DNA of 64,000 nucleotides, taken from NCBI GenBank assembly GCA_000447245.1, contig AUYT01000001.1, forward strand, positions 40,825-104,824, given 5' to 3'. Origin of the DNA: a candidate division Zixibacteria bacterium RBG-1 (GTDB lineage: Bacteria > Zixibacteria > MSB-5A5 > DSPP01 > RBG-1). The position numbers and the translations under genes are program-made. Shown here piece by piece: positions 18,476-29,693 of this stretch (positions are counted from its first letter, which is position 1; each line of letters starts with the position of its first letter). The notes under the pieces are model-generated. The model made no database searches, was not told where the DNA came from, and saw only the letters and a list, made by a program, of their open reading frames with translations.

Positions 18476-19219
18476 TTATTTTGTCTCAGCTTCACCGGTC
18501 ATTCTGACAAATCTTACCGGAATGACTGTCTCTTTTTTCATTCCTTCTGGAGTTTTGGTTATCACCATCAATTCCTGATTCCCGTTTCCGATCGGTAACA
18601 CCATTCTGGCTCCCAGCTTCAACTGGTCATATAACGGCTGGGGAATGTGGTCAGGTGCCGCGGTCAAAATTATTCCGTCAAACGGAGCATGTTCTTCCCA
18701 GCCCTGATAGCCATCTCCTACTTTGACTTCCACATTTTTGTATCCCAATTTTTTTAAGGTTTCATCTGCTTTTAGAGCCAGTGGTTCTACAATCTCGATG
18801 GAATATACCTGGGAGCAAATTTCTGCTAAAACTGCGGCCTGATAGCCGGAGCCGGTTCCAATTTCTAATACCTTCTCTCCCCTTTTTAAATTCAATAGTT
18901 CGGTCATCAGAGCTACTATATAAGGTTGCGAGATAGTTTGTTCATGCCCAATGGGAAGCGGTCCATCGGTGTAAGCCACATCCTGCAGATCGGCTGCTAC
19001 AAAAAGATGTCGGGGGACTTTTTTCATAGCTTGCAAAATCAAAGGATTCTTGATTCCCCGGCTTTCAATCTGGGCTACCACCATTTGCTCTCTTCTGTGA
19101 GCAAAAACCTCGTCATCTGAACTTTCTTTCATCTTGTCCCCTTTTTTTTCCTTCTGACAAGAGGTAAAAAATATCCCCATAAATAAAAGTGAAACTATAA
19201 AGCCTAAAGTTCTTAACAT
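18476..19219 (-). CDS. pcm: Protein-L-isoaspartate O-methyltransferase with an N-terminal signal/lipoprotein-like leader
   Basis: VPRHLFV, TISQPYIVALM and the SAM motif VLEIGTGSGYQAAVLAE. Confidence 0.9.
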   Translation of the reverse strand: MLRTLGFIVSLLFMGIFFTSCQKEKKGDKMKESSDDEVFAHRREQMVVAQIESRGIKNPLILQAMKKVPRHLFVAADLQDVAYTDGPLPIGHEQTISQPYIVALMTELLNLKRGEKVLEIGTGSGYQAAVLAEICSQVYSIEIVEPLALKADETLKKLGYKNVEVKVGDGYQGWEEHAPFDGIILTAAPDHIPQPLYDQLKLGARMVLPIGNGNQELMVITKTPEGMKKETVIPVRFVRMTGEAETK

Positions 19220-19285
19220 TAACTTCTTCTATAAGGATAAACTCACAGAGAATCTCTGTCAATAATTTTTCAGGCTATTCGAATT

Positions 19286-20290
19286 TTAGAGGTGAGTAAG
19301 ATTATAAATCAACAATTCCAAACTGATTTTGGGCGAGGAAAGATTGGACCTCAAATCCAATTCTGTCTTATACAGATATTCGAGTGCTTTTTCTAATTGT
19401 GATTGGCTGAAATTTTTAACCTGCTCAGAATATTTCCTGACCACAAAAGCTCTTTTCCCCAGATTTAAATATTCTACCAGTCCGGCCCAGTCTCTTTTGG
19501 GATAGGCCTTGGTTCTCAAAAGCCCCACAAAATGGTCTGCTATCCAATAATTGACAGTGCTAGGCGTCTCTCCATATAACAAAATTTCATCCAAAGTACC
19601 CAGGGCTTTCCGGGTATCTTTCTGGACAATTTGATCGGCTAATTGATAGACCTTCCATTTTTCAGAAGCAACCACTACCTTTTCTATATCTTCTTTTTTT
19701 ATATTTTCTCTTTCTCCAACATAGGTGACAATTTTCTCAATTTCTCTGGACAACAGATTCAGGTTATTTCCTCCGGTTTCTTCTAAGAATTTAGTGGCTC
19801 CTGAATCTATTTTTTTCTTTTTAGTGGCAAACTGTTCTGCTATCCATTTGGAAAGAGAAACACCTTTGAAATCGGCAAAATTAACTATGACTCCAAAATC
19901 AGAGATGGTTGCATAAAGTTTATCTTTTTCACTTAATTCAGTTGCCAGTAAAATCAAGCACGTAGTTTTAGGAATGTGAAGCAAAAATTCACTTAATTGT
20001 TTTTTTTCGGATAATTCAAACTTGTTAGCATCTTTAACAATGACTAAGCGTCTTTCAGAGCCAACTGGAACTGTGGAAGCTAAATTAATTATACCTGAAA
20101 TTTCAGACTCTTCAGCATCAAAGTAGTTTAAATTGAAGCTTTCCAGACCGGGAGGAATTAACTTTTGAGTTAGAAGCTCCAGGTCCTCTTTTTTAATAAA
20201 GTCTTCTTCTCCCAGAAAAAGATATACTGTGGCAATGTTCCCCTTTTCAATTTGTTTTTTGAAGTCTGAACCATTTATACCTTTTTTCAT
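19286..20290 (-). CDS. holA: DNA polymerase III subunit delta
   Basis: N-terminal VYLFLGEEDFIKKE pattern, with length and helical C-terminal domain typical of HolA. Confidence 0.8.
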   Translation of the reverse strand: MKKGINGSDFKKQIEKGNIATVYLFLGEEDFIKKEDLELLTQKLIPPGLESFNLNYFDAEESEISGIINLASTVPVGSERRLVIVKDANKFELSEKKQLSEFLLHIPKTTCLILLATELSEKDKLYATISDFGVIVNFADFKGVSLSKWIAEQFATKKKKIDSGATKFLEETGGNNLNLLSREIEKIVTYVGERENIKKEDIEKVVVASEKWKVYQLADQIVQKDTRKALGTLDEILLYGETPSTVNYWIADHFVGLLRTKAYPKRDWAGLVEYLNLGKRAFVVRKYSEQVKNFSQSQLEKALEYLYKTELDLRSNLSSPKISLELLIYNLTHL

Positions 20291-20301
20291 ATTTAGAGCA
20301 A

Positions 20302-21228
20302 TTATAACTTTCCAATAGCTAAGTAGATTTTTTCTTTCTGGTCCTCAAGAATATATTTCATTCTTTTGCTTTTCCCATTCTTCCATATTAATGGATTATT
20401 AAGAGCAGGTTTAGGTCTTCCTTTAGAACGGTTATTACCTGTTATGACTAACCCAACTCTTTTGTCACTTGAAGCAACAAAATGAAAATTGCTAATTGCT
20501 GGAATGAACCTACCACTATAAGGTTTATGAGACGGATTCAATATACACCATTTTTTATTTTGAATTTTCCATAGATGTGATAAAAACCTATCTGAGCGTG
20601 AATTTTCTTCAATCCTAGGCTTTTCATTTTCTCTATTTTCCTTATTAAAAATGTTATTTTCTCCACATATCAGTAAAAAACAAGGGTATTCACTATGTTT
20701 AGCAATCAATTTTTGCCTGATTTTTTTCAATCTTTGTATAAATTCTGTTATTTTTTTCATAGATTTTTTATTGGAACTATAAAACTGTATTTCAAGACAT
20801 TCGGTTACTCTATTTCTGTTAGCTTTTGACTGTAAAATATAGTAATGGCCAGATATTTCCGCTAAATAAGTTTTAATTAGTGAATCCGTCATAGCTTGGC
20901 CAATAAGCTTGATAATTAACTCTTTAGGTTCTTTTTTAGTTGTTTTAAAAGACCACCCAGCGTGTATAACAACATTACACTTCTTTTGACTTGCGATATT
21001 TTTTACAACAGAAATAATTTTTTTAGCAGACACGCGTTTGGATTGTATATATTTTTTAGCACTTGCAGATGATACGAATAATAATTTACTTCGTTTTTTA
21101 ATTGGAAAAAGTCTAGTTTCAATAGACTGATTGTTCTTAACTCTGGGTCTTAAACTTTTCACTTTGATTCCAAAATTTCTAGTAAAGCATCTATCCCCAA
21201 AATATAACTTCTCCAGCCCAAACCGCAA
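20302..21228 (-). CDS. Hypothetical protein, very basic, AT-rich orphan
   Basis: Long uninterrupted ORF, co-directional with its neighbours. Only a TTG at the ORF-track start and no early ATG, so the true start is uncertain. I recognise no family. Confidence 0.5.
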   Translation of the reverse strand: MRFGLEKLYFGDRCFTRNFGIKVKSLRPRVKNNQSIETRLFPIKKRSKLLFVSSASAKKYIQSKRVSAKKIISVVKNIASQKKCNVVIHAGWSFKTTKKEPKELIIKLIGQAMTDSLIKTYLAEISGHYYILQSKANRNRVTECLEIQFYSSNKKSMKKITEFIQRLKKIRQKLIAKHSEYPCFLLICGENNIFNKENRENEKPRIEENSRSDRFLSHLWKIQNKKWCILNPSHKPYSGRFIPAISNFHFVASSDKRVGLVITGNNRSKGRPKPALNNPLIWKNGKSKRMKYILEDQKEKIYLAIGKL

Positions 21229-21280
21229 ATCTGTCCCCTACAGGCCGGCGTAATCTTGGTTTTCCTGGCTAAAAACAGGG

Positions 21281-23530
21281 TCAATGCAGCAGTTCCACCA
21301 GCTTATTTATATCATTAACAGGCCTCTGACAGACATAGTTTTCGCATACATAGGCGGTGGTCTTCCCGTCTTGCATTTTAAAACCTTCGCTGAAGGGAAT
21401 TAATTTTTCCAATTCCTCACCGGCTGGACCATCCAAATGAAAAGCCAACACTTTGTTGGGCAAAAATCTTTGATTTATGGCTTTCAGCATCTCAAAAGTT
21501 TCCGGGTAGTTTAAATTTCCGGCTAAGACAATCTCCTTGGCCGGTCCTAAGTAAAAATCCAAACCGCACAGCATTTGAGCGTAGGCGGTGGGCTGTTTTT
21601 CTATTGCTCCGGAAAACCTCTGCAACATTAAAGAAGCTTTTTTCTCCCAATCCCCGTTCATGGTCAACCGCCCTAATTTTAATAAATCTAGAAGCGCTAT
21701 GGAATTTCCCGAAGGGATAGCCCCATCGTAAAATTCTTTAGTTTTAGAGATTAATTCTTCGTTATATTTGCCGCTGAAGAAAAATCCAAAATTCTCAGTA
21801 TCCCAGAACAAATCCAGCATATCACCGGTCAGCCGAACTGCCTCTTTGAGGTATTTAACTTCGAAGCTGGCTTCATACAAGTCGATTAACCCGGCAATAA
21901 AGAAGGCGTAATCATCTAAATAAGCCGGGATGGTTCCTTGTCCTTCACGGTATCGCTTCAAAAGTTTTCCATCCTTTTGAAGTTTATTTAAAACAAAATC
22001 GGCTGATTTTTTGGCAGCCATTAAATAAGTTTCATCTCCTAAAACCTGTGAGCCGTAAGCCAACGAGGATATCATAAGCCCGTTCCAATCCGTCAAAATT
22101 TTATCATCTTTATGCGGATGAATTCTTTTTTCCCTTTCTGAAAAAAGCTTCTCTCTCCCTTTTTCTAATATCTCTTTTAATTTTGGAACTGGAATATCAT
22201 TTTTCTTGGCAAATTCTTCAACTGGGACGGTGATATTTAGAATTGAGGTTTTGTGCTCAAAATTTCCTAAATCTAAAACTGCATAAAAACTGTTGAAATT
22301 TTCACCATCTTTTTCACCTAAAATCTTTTTGACCTCTTCCGGTCTCCAGACATAAAACTTTCCTTCTTCACCTTCGCTATCCGCATCCTCGGCTGAATGA
22401 AACCCATCTTCTTTATCTGTCATATCCCGCAAGACATATTTAAAAATATCCCGAGCTACTTCGGCATAGAGCGGATTTTTAGTTATCTGATACCCCTCTA
22501 AATAAGCTTTGGATAAAGTGGCCTGGTCATAAAGCATCTTTTCAAAATGGGGAACCAGCCAGCGGGCATCCGTGGAATAGCGGTGAAATCCTCCTCCGAT
22601 ATGGTCCTGGATACCGCCGTAAGCCATCTTCTGCAAAGTTTTTTCCACCATCTCTAATGCTTTTACTTCTTTGGTCCTGTGATAATATCTAAGCAGAAAT
22701 GAAAGGTTATGAGGTGAAGGAAATTTAGGGGCTGAGCCAAAACCGCCATAAATCGAATCAAAACGGTCCGCATATTCTGTAAAAGCTTTCTCCAAAAATT
22801 CCTGGGAAAGTTTCAGGGAGGTATCCGATTCGATCTCTTTCTGTAAAAAATCAGTTATGGAGCTGGCTGATTCCAATAGCTCTTCTTTCTGATTTTTCCA
22901 AGCATCAGTCACGGATAATAAGACCTTCTTAAAGCTGGGGATTCCGTATCTATCTTCGGTGGGAAAATAAGTCCCTCCGTAGAACGGTTTTTTATCCGGA
23001 GTCAAAAAAATAGACAAAGGCCAGCCGCCCGAGCCGGTCAGAGCCATTACCGCCTGCATATAGACATTATCCACATCCGGGCGTTCTTCTCTGTCGACTT
23101 TGATGGGGACAAAATTCTGGTTTAAAATCTGGGCTATCTCTTCATTTTCGAAGGATTCTTTTTCCATCACATGGCACCAATGGCAGGTGGAATAACCGAT
23201 GGAAAGAAAAATCGGCTTATTCTCTTTTTTGGCTTTGGCAAAGGCCTCTTCCCCCCAAGGATACCAGTCGACTGGGTTATTGGCATGCTGCAAAAGATAG
23301 GGAGATTTTTCCTTGGCTAAACGGTTGCTGTATTTATGAGTTTTTGAATCTTCCTTTTCCCCCACCTGCAAATTCCCTCCTTTATCTTCTCCTGAAATGG
23401 CTTTGGAACAAAACCAATCTGACTTTATGACCCAAAATATAAATAAAACCAAAATTGCTACAATGGGAATTAAGCCAAGAACTTTACCTCTCTTAAAAAA
23501 ACTTTTTCCTGCATCTTTAGGTTGACTCAT
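21281..23530 (-). CDS. Thioredoxin-domain protein of the DUF255/YyaL (SPATA20-like) family
   Basis: [39 protein letters not shown], followed by a long alpha/alpha-toroid-like region. N-terminal TM anchor. Confidence 0.9.
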   Translation of the reverse strand: MSQPKDAGKSFFKRGKVLGLIPIVAILVLFIFWVIKSDWFCSKAISGEDKGGNLQVGEKEDSKTHKYSNRLAKEKSPYLLQHANNPVDWYPWGEEAFAKAKKENKPIFLSIGYSTCHWCHVMEKESFENEEIAQILNQNFVPIKVDREERPDVDNVYMQAVMALTGSGGWPLSIFLTPDKKPFYGGTYFPTEDRYGIPSFKKVLLSVTDAWKNQKEELLESASSITDFLQKEIESDTSLKLSQEFLEKAFTEYADRFDSIYGGFGSAPKFPSPHNLSFLLRYYHRTKEVKALEMVEKTLQKMAYGGIQDHIGGGFHRYSTDARWLVPHFEKMLYDQATLSKAYLEGYQITKNPLYAEVARDIFKYVLRDMTDKEDGFHSAEDADSEGEEGKFYVWRPEEVKKILGEKDGENFNSFYAVLDLGNFEHKTSILNITVPVEEFAKKNDIPVPKLKEILEKGREKLFSEREKRIHPHKDDKILTDWNGLMISSLAYGSQVLGDETYLMAAKKSADFVLNKLQKDGKLLKRYREGQGTIPAYLDDYAFFIAGLIDLYEASFEVKYLKEAVRLTGDMLDLFWDTENFGFFFSGKYNEELISKTKEFYDGAIPSGNSIALLDLLKLGRLTMNGDWEKKASLMLQRFSGAIEKQPTAYAQMLCGLDFYLGPAKEIVLAGNLNYPETFEMLKAINQRFLPNKVLAFHLDGPAGEELEKLIPFSEGFKMQDGKTTAYVCENYVCQRPVNDINKLVELLH

Positions 23531-23631
23531 CTCTAATCAATATAAAATTTGGTAGCTTTCTATAGCCAAAATCTATTAAGTGGTAAAACTAGAGATTCTT
23601 AAATTAGCCAACAAAATCAACAATCTTGATT

Positions 23632-24669
23632 CTAAATAATTTTTTTCTCCAGATTCGCAAATTTCACCTTGGTCTCCACTGTAGTATGCTCTTTCCCATC
23701 TATAATAACATACGGATAGATAAAGTAATTTAAGTCCACCGAATTACCTTTAGGGTCAATTTTAATGTCTCTGCCTATGGTGAAAGCCACTCTATTTTCA
23801 TCCAAACCGCCGAAGAAAAATTCTTTTTTCTCCGGGTGTTTTTGGGCTTCCGAAGCATCTACCGGTATCCAGCCGAACTCGTCCACATAAAATTCCGCCC
23901 AGCAGTGATAACCGGGCAATTCCCCCTGGGTTTGAGCTTCAGGCAGCGGAAATCCCATTACAAAGCGGGTCGGAATGCCTGAAGCTCTGGCCATCCCGAT
24001 AAACAGAGAGTGAAAGTCCGTGCAGTTTCCCTTTCGCACATCACAAGCATATAAGGCATCCCCTCTCCCCCATCCGGTTCCGCTTTTATCATATTCCACG
24101 GTTCCGACTATATAATCGTAAATGACTTTAGCTTTTTGCATCTCGGTCATCTCTTTTTGTATAACTTTTTGGGCTTCCAAAGCTATCTTACCGTCAATGG
24201 GAACCAGCCGGTCCGGCAAAAGAAAGCGCTTCAAGTTATTTTCAGAGATTTTGCCTTCTTTGGTTGTGTGATTCTCCTTTAAACTGTAAGCTTTCCTTTT
24301 AACCGACAAATCTAAGTTCAATTCCAGCACTGATGGAACTTCTTTTGACAGCTGAATTTTTAAAATCGAATTTCCATATTCCGGTTCTTTGTAAACTGAA
24401 TAAGTATAAGCCGATTTTATTTTTACATCAGAAATCTCTTGATATCTGTCAGATTCTGGAACAGGTAAAAACAAAAGCAGCTCTTTGGTATCCTTAGGAA
24501 TCTGCTCTACTTTTACTGAATAAGTCAGCTGAAAATTTCTGGTCTTGGCATTGGTTTCAGAAACGCTTTTACTCCTGGACCAGGAAGCAATTAAAATACC
24601 CAACGCGGTAAAAATAATCCCGGCAGAAAAAAGTTTTACCAAGACCTTCTTATGAGACAGCTTGGACAT
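23632..24669 (-). CDS. Transglutaminase-like cysteine protease family protein (membrane-anchored)
   Basis: Core GNCTDFHSLFIGMARASGIPTR (Cys), YHCWAEFY (His), PVDASE (Asp). Confidence 0.85.
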   Translation of the reverse strand: MSKLSHKKVLVKLFSAGIIFTALGILIASWSRSKSVSETNAKTRNFQLTYSVKVEQIPKDTKELLLFLPVPESDRYQEISDVKIKSAYTYSVYKEPEYGNSILKIQLSKEVPSVLELNLDLSVKRKAYSLKENHTTKEGKISENNLKRFLLPDRLVPIDGKIALEAQKVIQKEMTEMQKAKVIYDYIVGTVEYDKSGTGWGRGDALYACDVRKGNCTDFHSLFIGMARASGIPTRFVMGFPLPEAQTQGELPGYHCWAEFYVDEFGWIPVDASEAQKHPEKKEFFFGGLDENRVAFTIGRDIKIDPKGNSVDLNYFIYPYVIIDGKEHTTVETKVKFANLEKKII

Positions 24670-24729
24670 TATGATAGGGCTTTCTATCTTGAGATGTCGC
24701 TTAACCGATGTTTAGTCGAATCGCCGTTC

Positions 24730-25212
24730 TTACTTAGAAGTCGGCTTGCGCACCCACAATCCTTTTTCCTCGGCCCAGCTGTAGCGGGGTTTCCCTTCTT
24801 CCTTATGAATTGAAATCTCTGTCACCATGAGGCCGTTTTCATCCTGTTTCATAAAGAAATCCAAATCGTACATTTTATCATTGGTGGCTTTGAAGTCAGA
24901 ACAGGCGAAATACAGATTCTCACCTACTTGAGAAAGTTTGTCTTGGTGAACTTTAGTTAAGGTCAGCTCTAAGGATTTTTTAATCGAAGGGTCGTAAATC
25001 AGTAAATATCCGCCTTTGAGCTTAGAGTCCTCATCTACATAATCACTTATCCCCTTGGCTAAATCTGCTGTAGTGAGAGAAGCAGTTTCCTTTTGGGGAT
25101 GCTCTTGTTTAGTGGTTTTAGGTTGCTGTTTGGGATGCTCTGGATGTTCTTGAGCCCAGGCAAAACTGAAAAACAGAAAGCCAATCAATGTTGCTAAATA
25201 AGCTTTCTTCAT
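24730..25212 (-). CDS. Secreted hypothetical protein with EHP-repeat N-terminal linker
   Basis: Signal peptide MKKAYLATLIGFLFFSFAWA, then QEHPEHPKQQPKTTKQEHPQKE low-complexity segment. AGGAGG RBS. Confidence 0.6.
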   Translation of the reverse strand: MKKAYLATLIGFLFFSFAWAQEHPEHPKQQPKTTKQEHPQKETASLTTADLAKGISDYVDEDSKLKGGYLLIYDPSIKKSLELTLTKVHQDKLSQVGENLYFACSDFKATNDKMYDLDFFMKQDENGLMVTEISIHKEEGKPRYSWAEEKGLWVRKPTSK

Positions 25213-25398
25213 AAAATCCTCCTTGGTTAATGGTAGACTGTTTCTTAACTAAGAAAAATTCTCGTTTAGAATTGATACGTGACTAACCTTAGCTTTCATA
25301 ATAACAGGATAAAAATAATCTAAGAGTTTGAAATTATTTATAAGAGAATTCCAGAAATAGTCTTAATCTTTATGGCAATATATGTAGAATTATTAAAA

Positions 25399-25470
25399 TA
25401 GCGGCGAAGGGATTTGAACCCCTGACCAAAGGATTATGATTCCTCTGCTCTACCGCTGAGCTACGCCGCC
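25399..25470 (-). tRNA. tRNA with anticodon CAT (elongator Met, or Ile2 if lysidine-modified)
   Basis: The reverse complement folds as GGCGGCG-TA-GCTC-AGCGGTA-GAGC-A-GAGGA-ATCATAA-TCCTT-TGGTC-AGGGG-TTCAAAT-CCCTT-CGCCGCT. No encoded CCA. G1-U72 wobble. It lacks the GGG/CCC anticodon stem of initiator tRNA. Confidence 0.9.
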
Positions 25471-25770
25471 ATCAAGGTCTTTAAATGTTATAGCTTTATT
25501 TAAGCTTTGTCAAGGAAAACCAGTTTCAGGTAAACCTGCTCTATACACAGTGGGTATTTGGTGGAAAATACAAAACTACCATTGCCCGCAGCTAACCAAG
25601 TAGGGGGGCAAGTGGGACTTGGCTAACTTTTAAGCAACGGTAGTTTAAAATTTCCCCTTTTTCTTTCTTTTATACTATTAAAATAGAAATTTGTTTGACC
25701 AAAAATAACCCCTTTTTATAAGAAAGTTGTTATAATTTAGAAGGTCTTTTGGAAATAGCAAGAAAAAATT

Positions 25771-26256
25771 TCAACCCAGCTTATAACCAATCTTTCTTAA
25801 GAACTCCTTTCTCTGAGCCACATCTTTTTCAGTTTCAATCCCTTTGGGTGAAGAGCCGTCGATTACCCCCAAAATCCCCCGACCTTGTTTGGTTTCTCCG
25901 AGAATTACTTCAACCGGATTGGCTGTGGCACAATATATAGAACAAACCTCGGGACAGTCCTTGACTGCCTTTAAAACATTGATAGGAAAGGCATCCCTCA
26001 TGTATATCAAAAAAGTATGCCCAGCCCCTATCTGCTGGGCTGAAATTTCCGCCTGTTTCTTTAAATCCGGGTCATTTCCCTCGGAACGGACTAGAGAGGG
26101 ACCGGAAGCCTCACAAAACGCCAGGCCGAATTTGATACCCGGGACTGAATTTACCAGCGCTTCATATAAATCTTCTGCGGTTTTGATAAAATGGGTCTGC
26201 CCTAAGATTACGTTGGCACCTTCGGGTATGGGTAATTTATAGGTAATGGTTTCCAT
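25771..26256 (-). CDS. Adenosine-specific-kinase-like (PF04008-type) small protein
   Basis: About 160 aa. The segment [43 protein letters not shown] resembles that family from memory. Start set at the ATG at 26256 with a GGAG RBS; the track start is a TTG. Confidence 0.5.
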   Translation of the reverse strand: METITYKLPIPEGANVILGQTHFIKTAEDLYEALVNSVPGIKFGLAFCEASGPSLVRSEGNDPDLKKQAEISAQQIGAGHTFLIYMRDAFPINVLKAVKDCPEVCSIYCATANPVEVILGETKQGRGILGVIDGSSPKGIETEKDVAQRKEFLRKIGYKLG

Positions 26257-26310
26257 TCTCAACTCCGTTTACTGTTAGAAAATAAATAGTATCTAAGGTT
26301 TTGGCAAATA

Positions 26311-26340
26311 AAAAAAGTCCTAGAAAAAATCTAGGACTTT
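26311..26340 (-). terminator. Rho-independent terminator downstream of the S8 protease gene
   Basis: 10-bp stem aagtcctaga / tctaggactt with loop AAAAA. On the minus strand it is followed by a run of seven T. Confidence 0.65.
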
Positions 26341-26372
26341 AATTTCAATCTATGTCTTTCCCAGAAAAAAAG

Positions 26373-29249
26373 TTAAGTACCTATACAACATTGGTTGTAA
26401 GGCACAGGTCGGGGACCGTTTCTAAATATGAAATTCACCAAGTAAACAATATCGGGTAACAGAATGGCGTTGTCAAAATTCACATCACCTCTACAGAAAG
26501 GGTTAGGAGTCGGCCCGGATTTGAAAAGAAAATTTATCAAAACAATTATGTCCGACAACAGCACCTTTCCGTCTCCGGTAACATCCCCGGCTCTGTGAGT
26601 GCAGGTTGCCATCGGAAACAGCTCGGTGGCTTTAATCCTAGCCCGGTCGGCAAAAATTAAAAGATTAGTCAGATTATTGGCAGCCACAAAAGCCATAATA
26701 GAGGTTATGGAATCCCCTGGAGCAATACTGTATGGACCGGAAGCAATAGTCATAGAGCCATCATCTGCTGAGGACTTAGCAGTGTCGATGAATCCTTCCG
26801 ACATCCACACATATTTTTCAGTATCGCTAATCCCGTCATAAACTATAGAATCGTTAACCAAAGCTTTGAAAGAGGTCACTCCCACAGTATCTAAAACGGC
26901 AATCCCTCTATAACGGGAGTTACTTCCTCCGTGCCACATGTACCCGATATTATTACTCCGGTTTAGACCGACAAAATCTTGTAAGCTGGGCAAATCCCAA
27001 TCTGTGTAACTTCCAATTCTTAAATTGCTTACTGGACTGGCTCCTTCATTATAAGCTGTATAACTGAAGATGACGAAATCATCAAACATAGTATCCGAGA
27101 AAGCAAAAGTCCTTTGGACAATTTTTAGGTCTAAGGGAGATTCGGCTTTCTCATCATTAAATATGGAGATGGTCTGTTGGCTTCCTTCACGGCCAGGAGA
27201 AATTTCGAGCATATCCCCCTGGGGAGCTACCGCAAAATCACTATCCGACATGAATCCGGTCCAATCTCTGGCACCGTCGGAAACATGAGAGATATCAGTG
27301 CCAATTAAAAGAGCCGCTTCAAAAAGGTCGTCGGTTCCTCCTACCTTAGGATAGATGAACCCTTTTCCTCCCAGAGGAGTTATGGAAATGTTGGATAAAC
27401 CGTACTGCCCAAAATTGGATATGGTAAAAATCACGTTCCCGGTATCCACATCCACCAAACTTCTTACGGGCTTGGCGGTGACGTAGAAAACTAAAGGCCA
27501 GTTCTCCTCATAACCCCCATCCCCTTTCATTTGCAGGTTAAAGGTCAATTTTTCACCCGGAAGGGCGCCGGGACTGACTTGAAAGATAAGCTGCTGGGCG
27601 AAGTTTACGGAGAATCCATCCCGGGGAATAGTTCCATAAAAGGCAGAATCTTGGGTTACGGTAGCAGAACTGGTGGTGCTGGTTAGAATAGCATAAACAT
27701 TGGTGGCAGCCAGACCGGTATTCTTTACCGTAATAAGAGCTGACAAAGCATCTCCCGGATCAGGGATGCTGTCATTATTGTCAGATAGTTCGATGGTAAA
27801 GACAAAAATCCTCGGGACCGTGACAGCCGGAAGTGAATCTATGGCTCTTTTGACATTGATTATTCCCCAGCCATAAGCGTTATCTTGACCAACAGCTCCC
27901 AAATCAGTGGCTGAAACCATTAAAGCCCTTTTGATTTCATCCGGCGTGGCGTTGGGATTGACCTGTCTTAAAATCGCCACTGCTCCAGCCACATGTGGAG
28001 CTGAAAAGGAGGTGCCGCTCTGGTTGGTATAACCTCCAAACCTGTTACTGGTCCGGATAAGTTCTCCCGGAGCCACTACCTCTGGTTTTATACTGACCCC
28101 ATCACAATCCGAAGGTCCACGACTGCTAAAGCCGGAAATAACATTACTGGAATTTACAGAGCCGACCGCAAAGCAGTTAAAATCGGTGGTGGCTCGGTTA
28201 GCGGGATTTCGAATGGTTTGAGCAGCGGTTCCTTCATTCCCCGCCGCAAATATAACCACTGCTCCGGCCGCCTCTAAGTTATCAATTACCTTCCAGTACA
28301 AAGGAAGACAACCTACATTAGCTGTTGGAATCCCCCAGGAATTATTCACTGCATCCGGAACGTCGGTTATGGTATTGGGATTTCCGTCCGGGTCAGAAGC
28401 CCATTGTAAGGCCTCTATTTCCACCGACCAGGTGGCGCCTATGTCTATGGCTCGAGCCGCTATCCACTGGGCTTCTATAGCCACTCCTACTGTATCATTG
28501 GTAACCAGAGAAGCTCCACACATCACTCCCATAGTCCCTGTGCCATGTCCGGCTACTCCACCAATATTGTCAGCCGGAAAAGTGCTTTTATAAACCGGGT
28601 CAAACCAGCTTTCAGCTACAGTTCCACCATTCACCCCTCTCCACCGGCCTGCCAAAGCGACATGATTGCCGTTGACCCCGGTATCTATATTACATAACAA
28701 TCTTCCGGCTCCTTCATAACCCAAACCCCAGGCCGAATCCACCTTTATGGCTTTAATGCCAGGTTCAACGCCTACCAAAGATCCGGCTACAGAGACCACC
28801 TCCACCGGTTTTATTATTTCTGGCTTGGGCTGGGCATAAACGGTTTCCACATCCCCCCGGGTGGCTAATTTTTCCACTTCTCTTTTGGTTGCCTTGACCC
28901 AAACCAGATTTGCTATCCAAAAGGCCTTATAGTCCTCAACTTCTCCTTTTTCTTTTTGGGTTTGCAGATAATTTAACAAGCCGGTTTGAGAGCTTTGAGC
29001 TTTCTGTTTCAGAGCCTCGATAACAATTTTATGACTGGTAGCTCGGTCAGCTTTGGTAGCTTTAAATTCGGATTTCAATTTGGCCATATCCACCTGGTCT
29101 TTCAAATCCAAAAGAACAGAGAAAAATTCAGTCGAAGCTCCCTGATTTAAAAGGGTTTGAAGGTACGGTTCCAAATCTGCCGCAAAAGAGGTGGCCAAAG
29201 CCAAACAAAAAAATAAGGTTCCCAAAATAAAAAAAGATTTTTTAAACAT
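26373..29249 (-). CDS. Secreted subtilisin-like (S8) serine protease with a C-terminal double dockerin-like module
   Basis: Signal peptide MFKKSFFILGTLFFCLALATSFA. Catalytic motifs NIDTGVNGNH (Asp), GHGTGTMGVM (His), SGTSFSAPHVAGAVAIL (Ser). C-terminus GDVTGDGKVLLSDIIVLINFLFKSGPTPNPFCRGDVNFDNAILLPDIVYLVNFIFRNGPRPVPYNQCCIGT. Start at the ATG at 29249 with an AGGAG RBS. Confidence 0.9.
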   Translation of the reverse strand: MFKKSFFILGTLFFCLALATSFAADLEPYLQTLLNQGASTEFFSVLLDLKDQVDMAKLKSEFKATKADRATSHKIVIEALKQKAQSSQTGLLNYLQTQKEKGEVEDYKAFWIANLVWVKATKREVEKLATRGDVETVYAQPKPEIIKPVEVVSVAGSLVGVEPGIKAIKVDSAWGLGYEGAGRLLCNIDTGVNGNHVALAGRWRGVNGGTVAESWFDPVYKSTFPADNIGGVAGHGTGTMGVMCGASLVTNDTVGVAIEAQWIAARAIDIGATWSVEIEALQWASDPDGNPNTITDVPDAVNNSWGIPTANVGCLPLYWKVIDNLEAAGAVVIFAAGNEGTAAQTIRNPANRATTDFNCFAVGSVNSSNVISGFSSRGPSDCDGVSIKPEVVAPGELIRTSNRFGGYTNQSGTSFSAPHVAGAVAILRQVNPNATPDEIKRALMVSATDLGAVGQDNAYGWGIINVKRAIDSLPAVTVPRIFVFTIELSDNNDSIPDPGDALSALITVKNTGLAATNVYAILTSTTSSATVTQDSAFYGTIPRDGFSVNFAQQLIFQVSPGALPGEKLTFNLQMKGDGGYEENWPLVFYVTAKPVRSLVDVDTGNVIFTISNFGQYGLSNISITPLGGKGFIYPKVGGTDDLFEAALLIGTDISHVSDGARDWTGFMSDSDFAVAPQGDMLEISPGREGSQQTISIFNDEKAESPLDLKIVQRTFAFSDTMFDDFVIFSYTAYNEGASPVSNLRIGSYTDWDLPSLQDFVGLNRSNNIGYMWHGGSNSRYRGIAVLDTVGVTSFKALVNDSIVYDGISDTEKYVWMSEGFIDTAKSSADDGSMTIASGPYSIAPGDSITSIMAFVAANNLTNLLIFADRARIKATELFPMATCTHRAGDVTGDGKVLLSDIIVLINFLFKSGPTPNPFCRGDVNFDNAILLPDIVYLVNFIFRNGPRPVPYNQCCIGT

Positions 29250-29693
29250 TAAGACTCCTTTTAGTGAAGATTTTTGGCACTCGGTTTTCTTTCTCAATTA
29301 GGATGATACATACACCTCTTTAAATATAATCAATTTTTATTATTTAACAAGCCCTTTTTGAAAGCACCGGTTTACCTGTTGAGGAAAGCAGCCTTGAATA
29401 GCCGGCAACTTCCCTAATTTAAAAAAAGTGCACCCTCAGCTGTTAAAATTGATACGAATTGACGAAGCCCGGTTTTTGGAATTGTGCAAAAAATGACGTA
29501 TGCCGAATATTGATTTTTTTATGAGAATTTACCTGCTCGACTTATGGGAGTCTCTTTTTTGTTCCCCCAACCCACTGTTAAATAGCACGGCTAACCAGCA
29601 GGTCGAAGTCAAATCCTTTAAGCCGATTTTAGAATTCGCCCTGTGAGGGGTAGTTTTGCTTGGCAAAAAATCCAAACCTATTTATCTTAGCCT

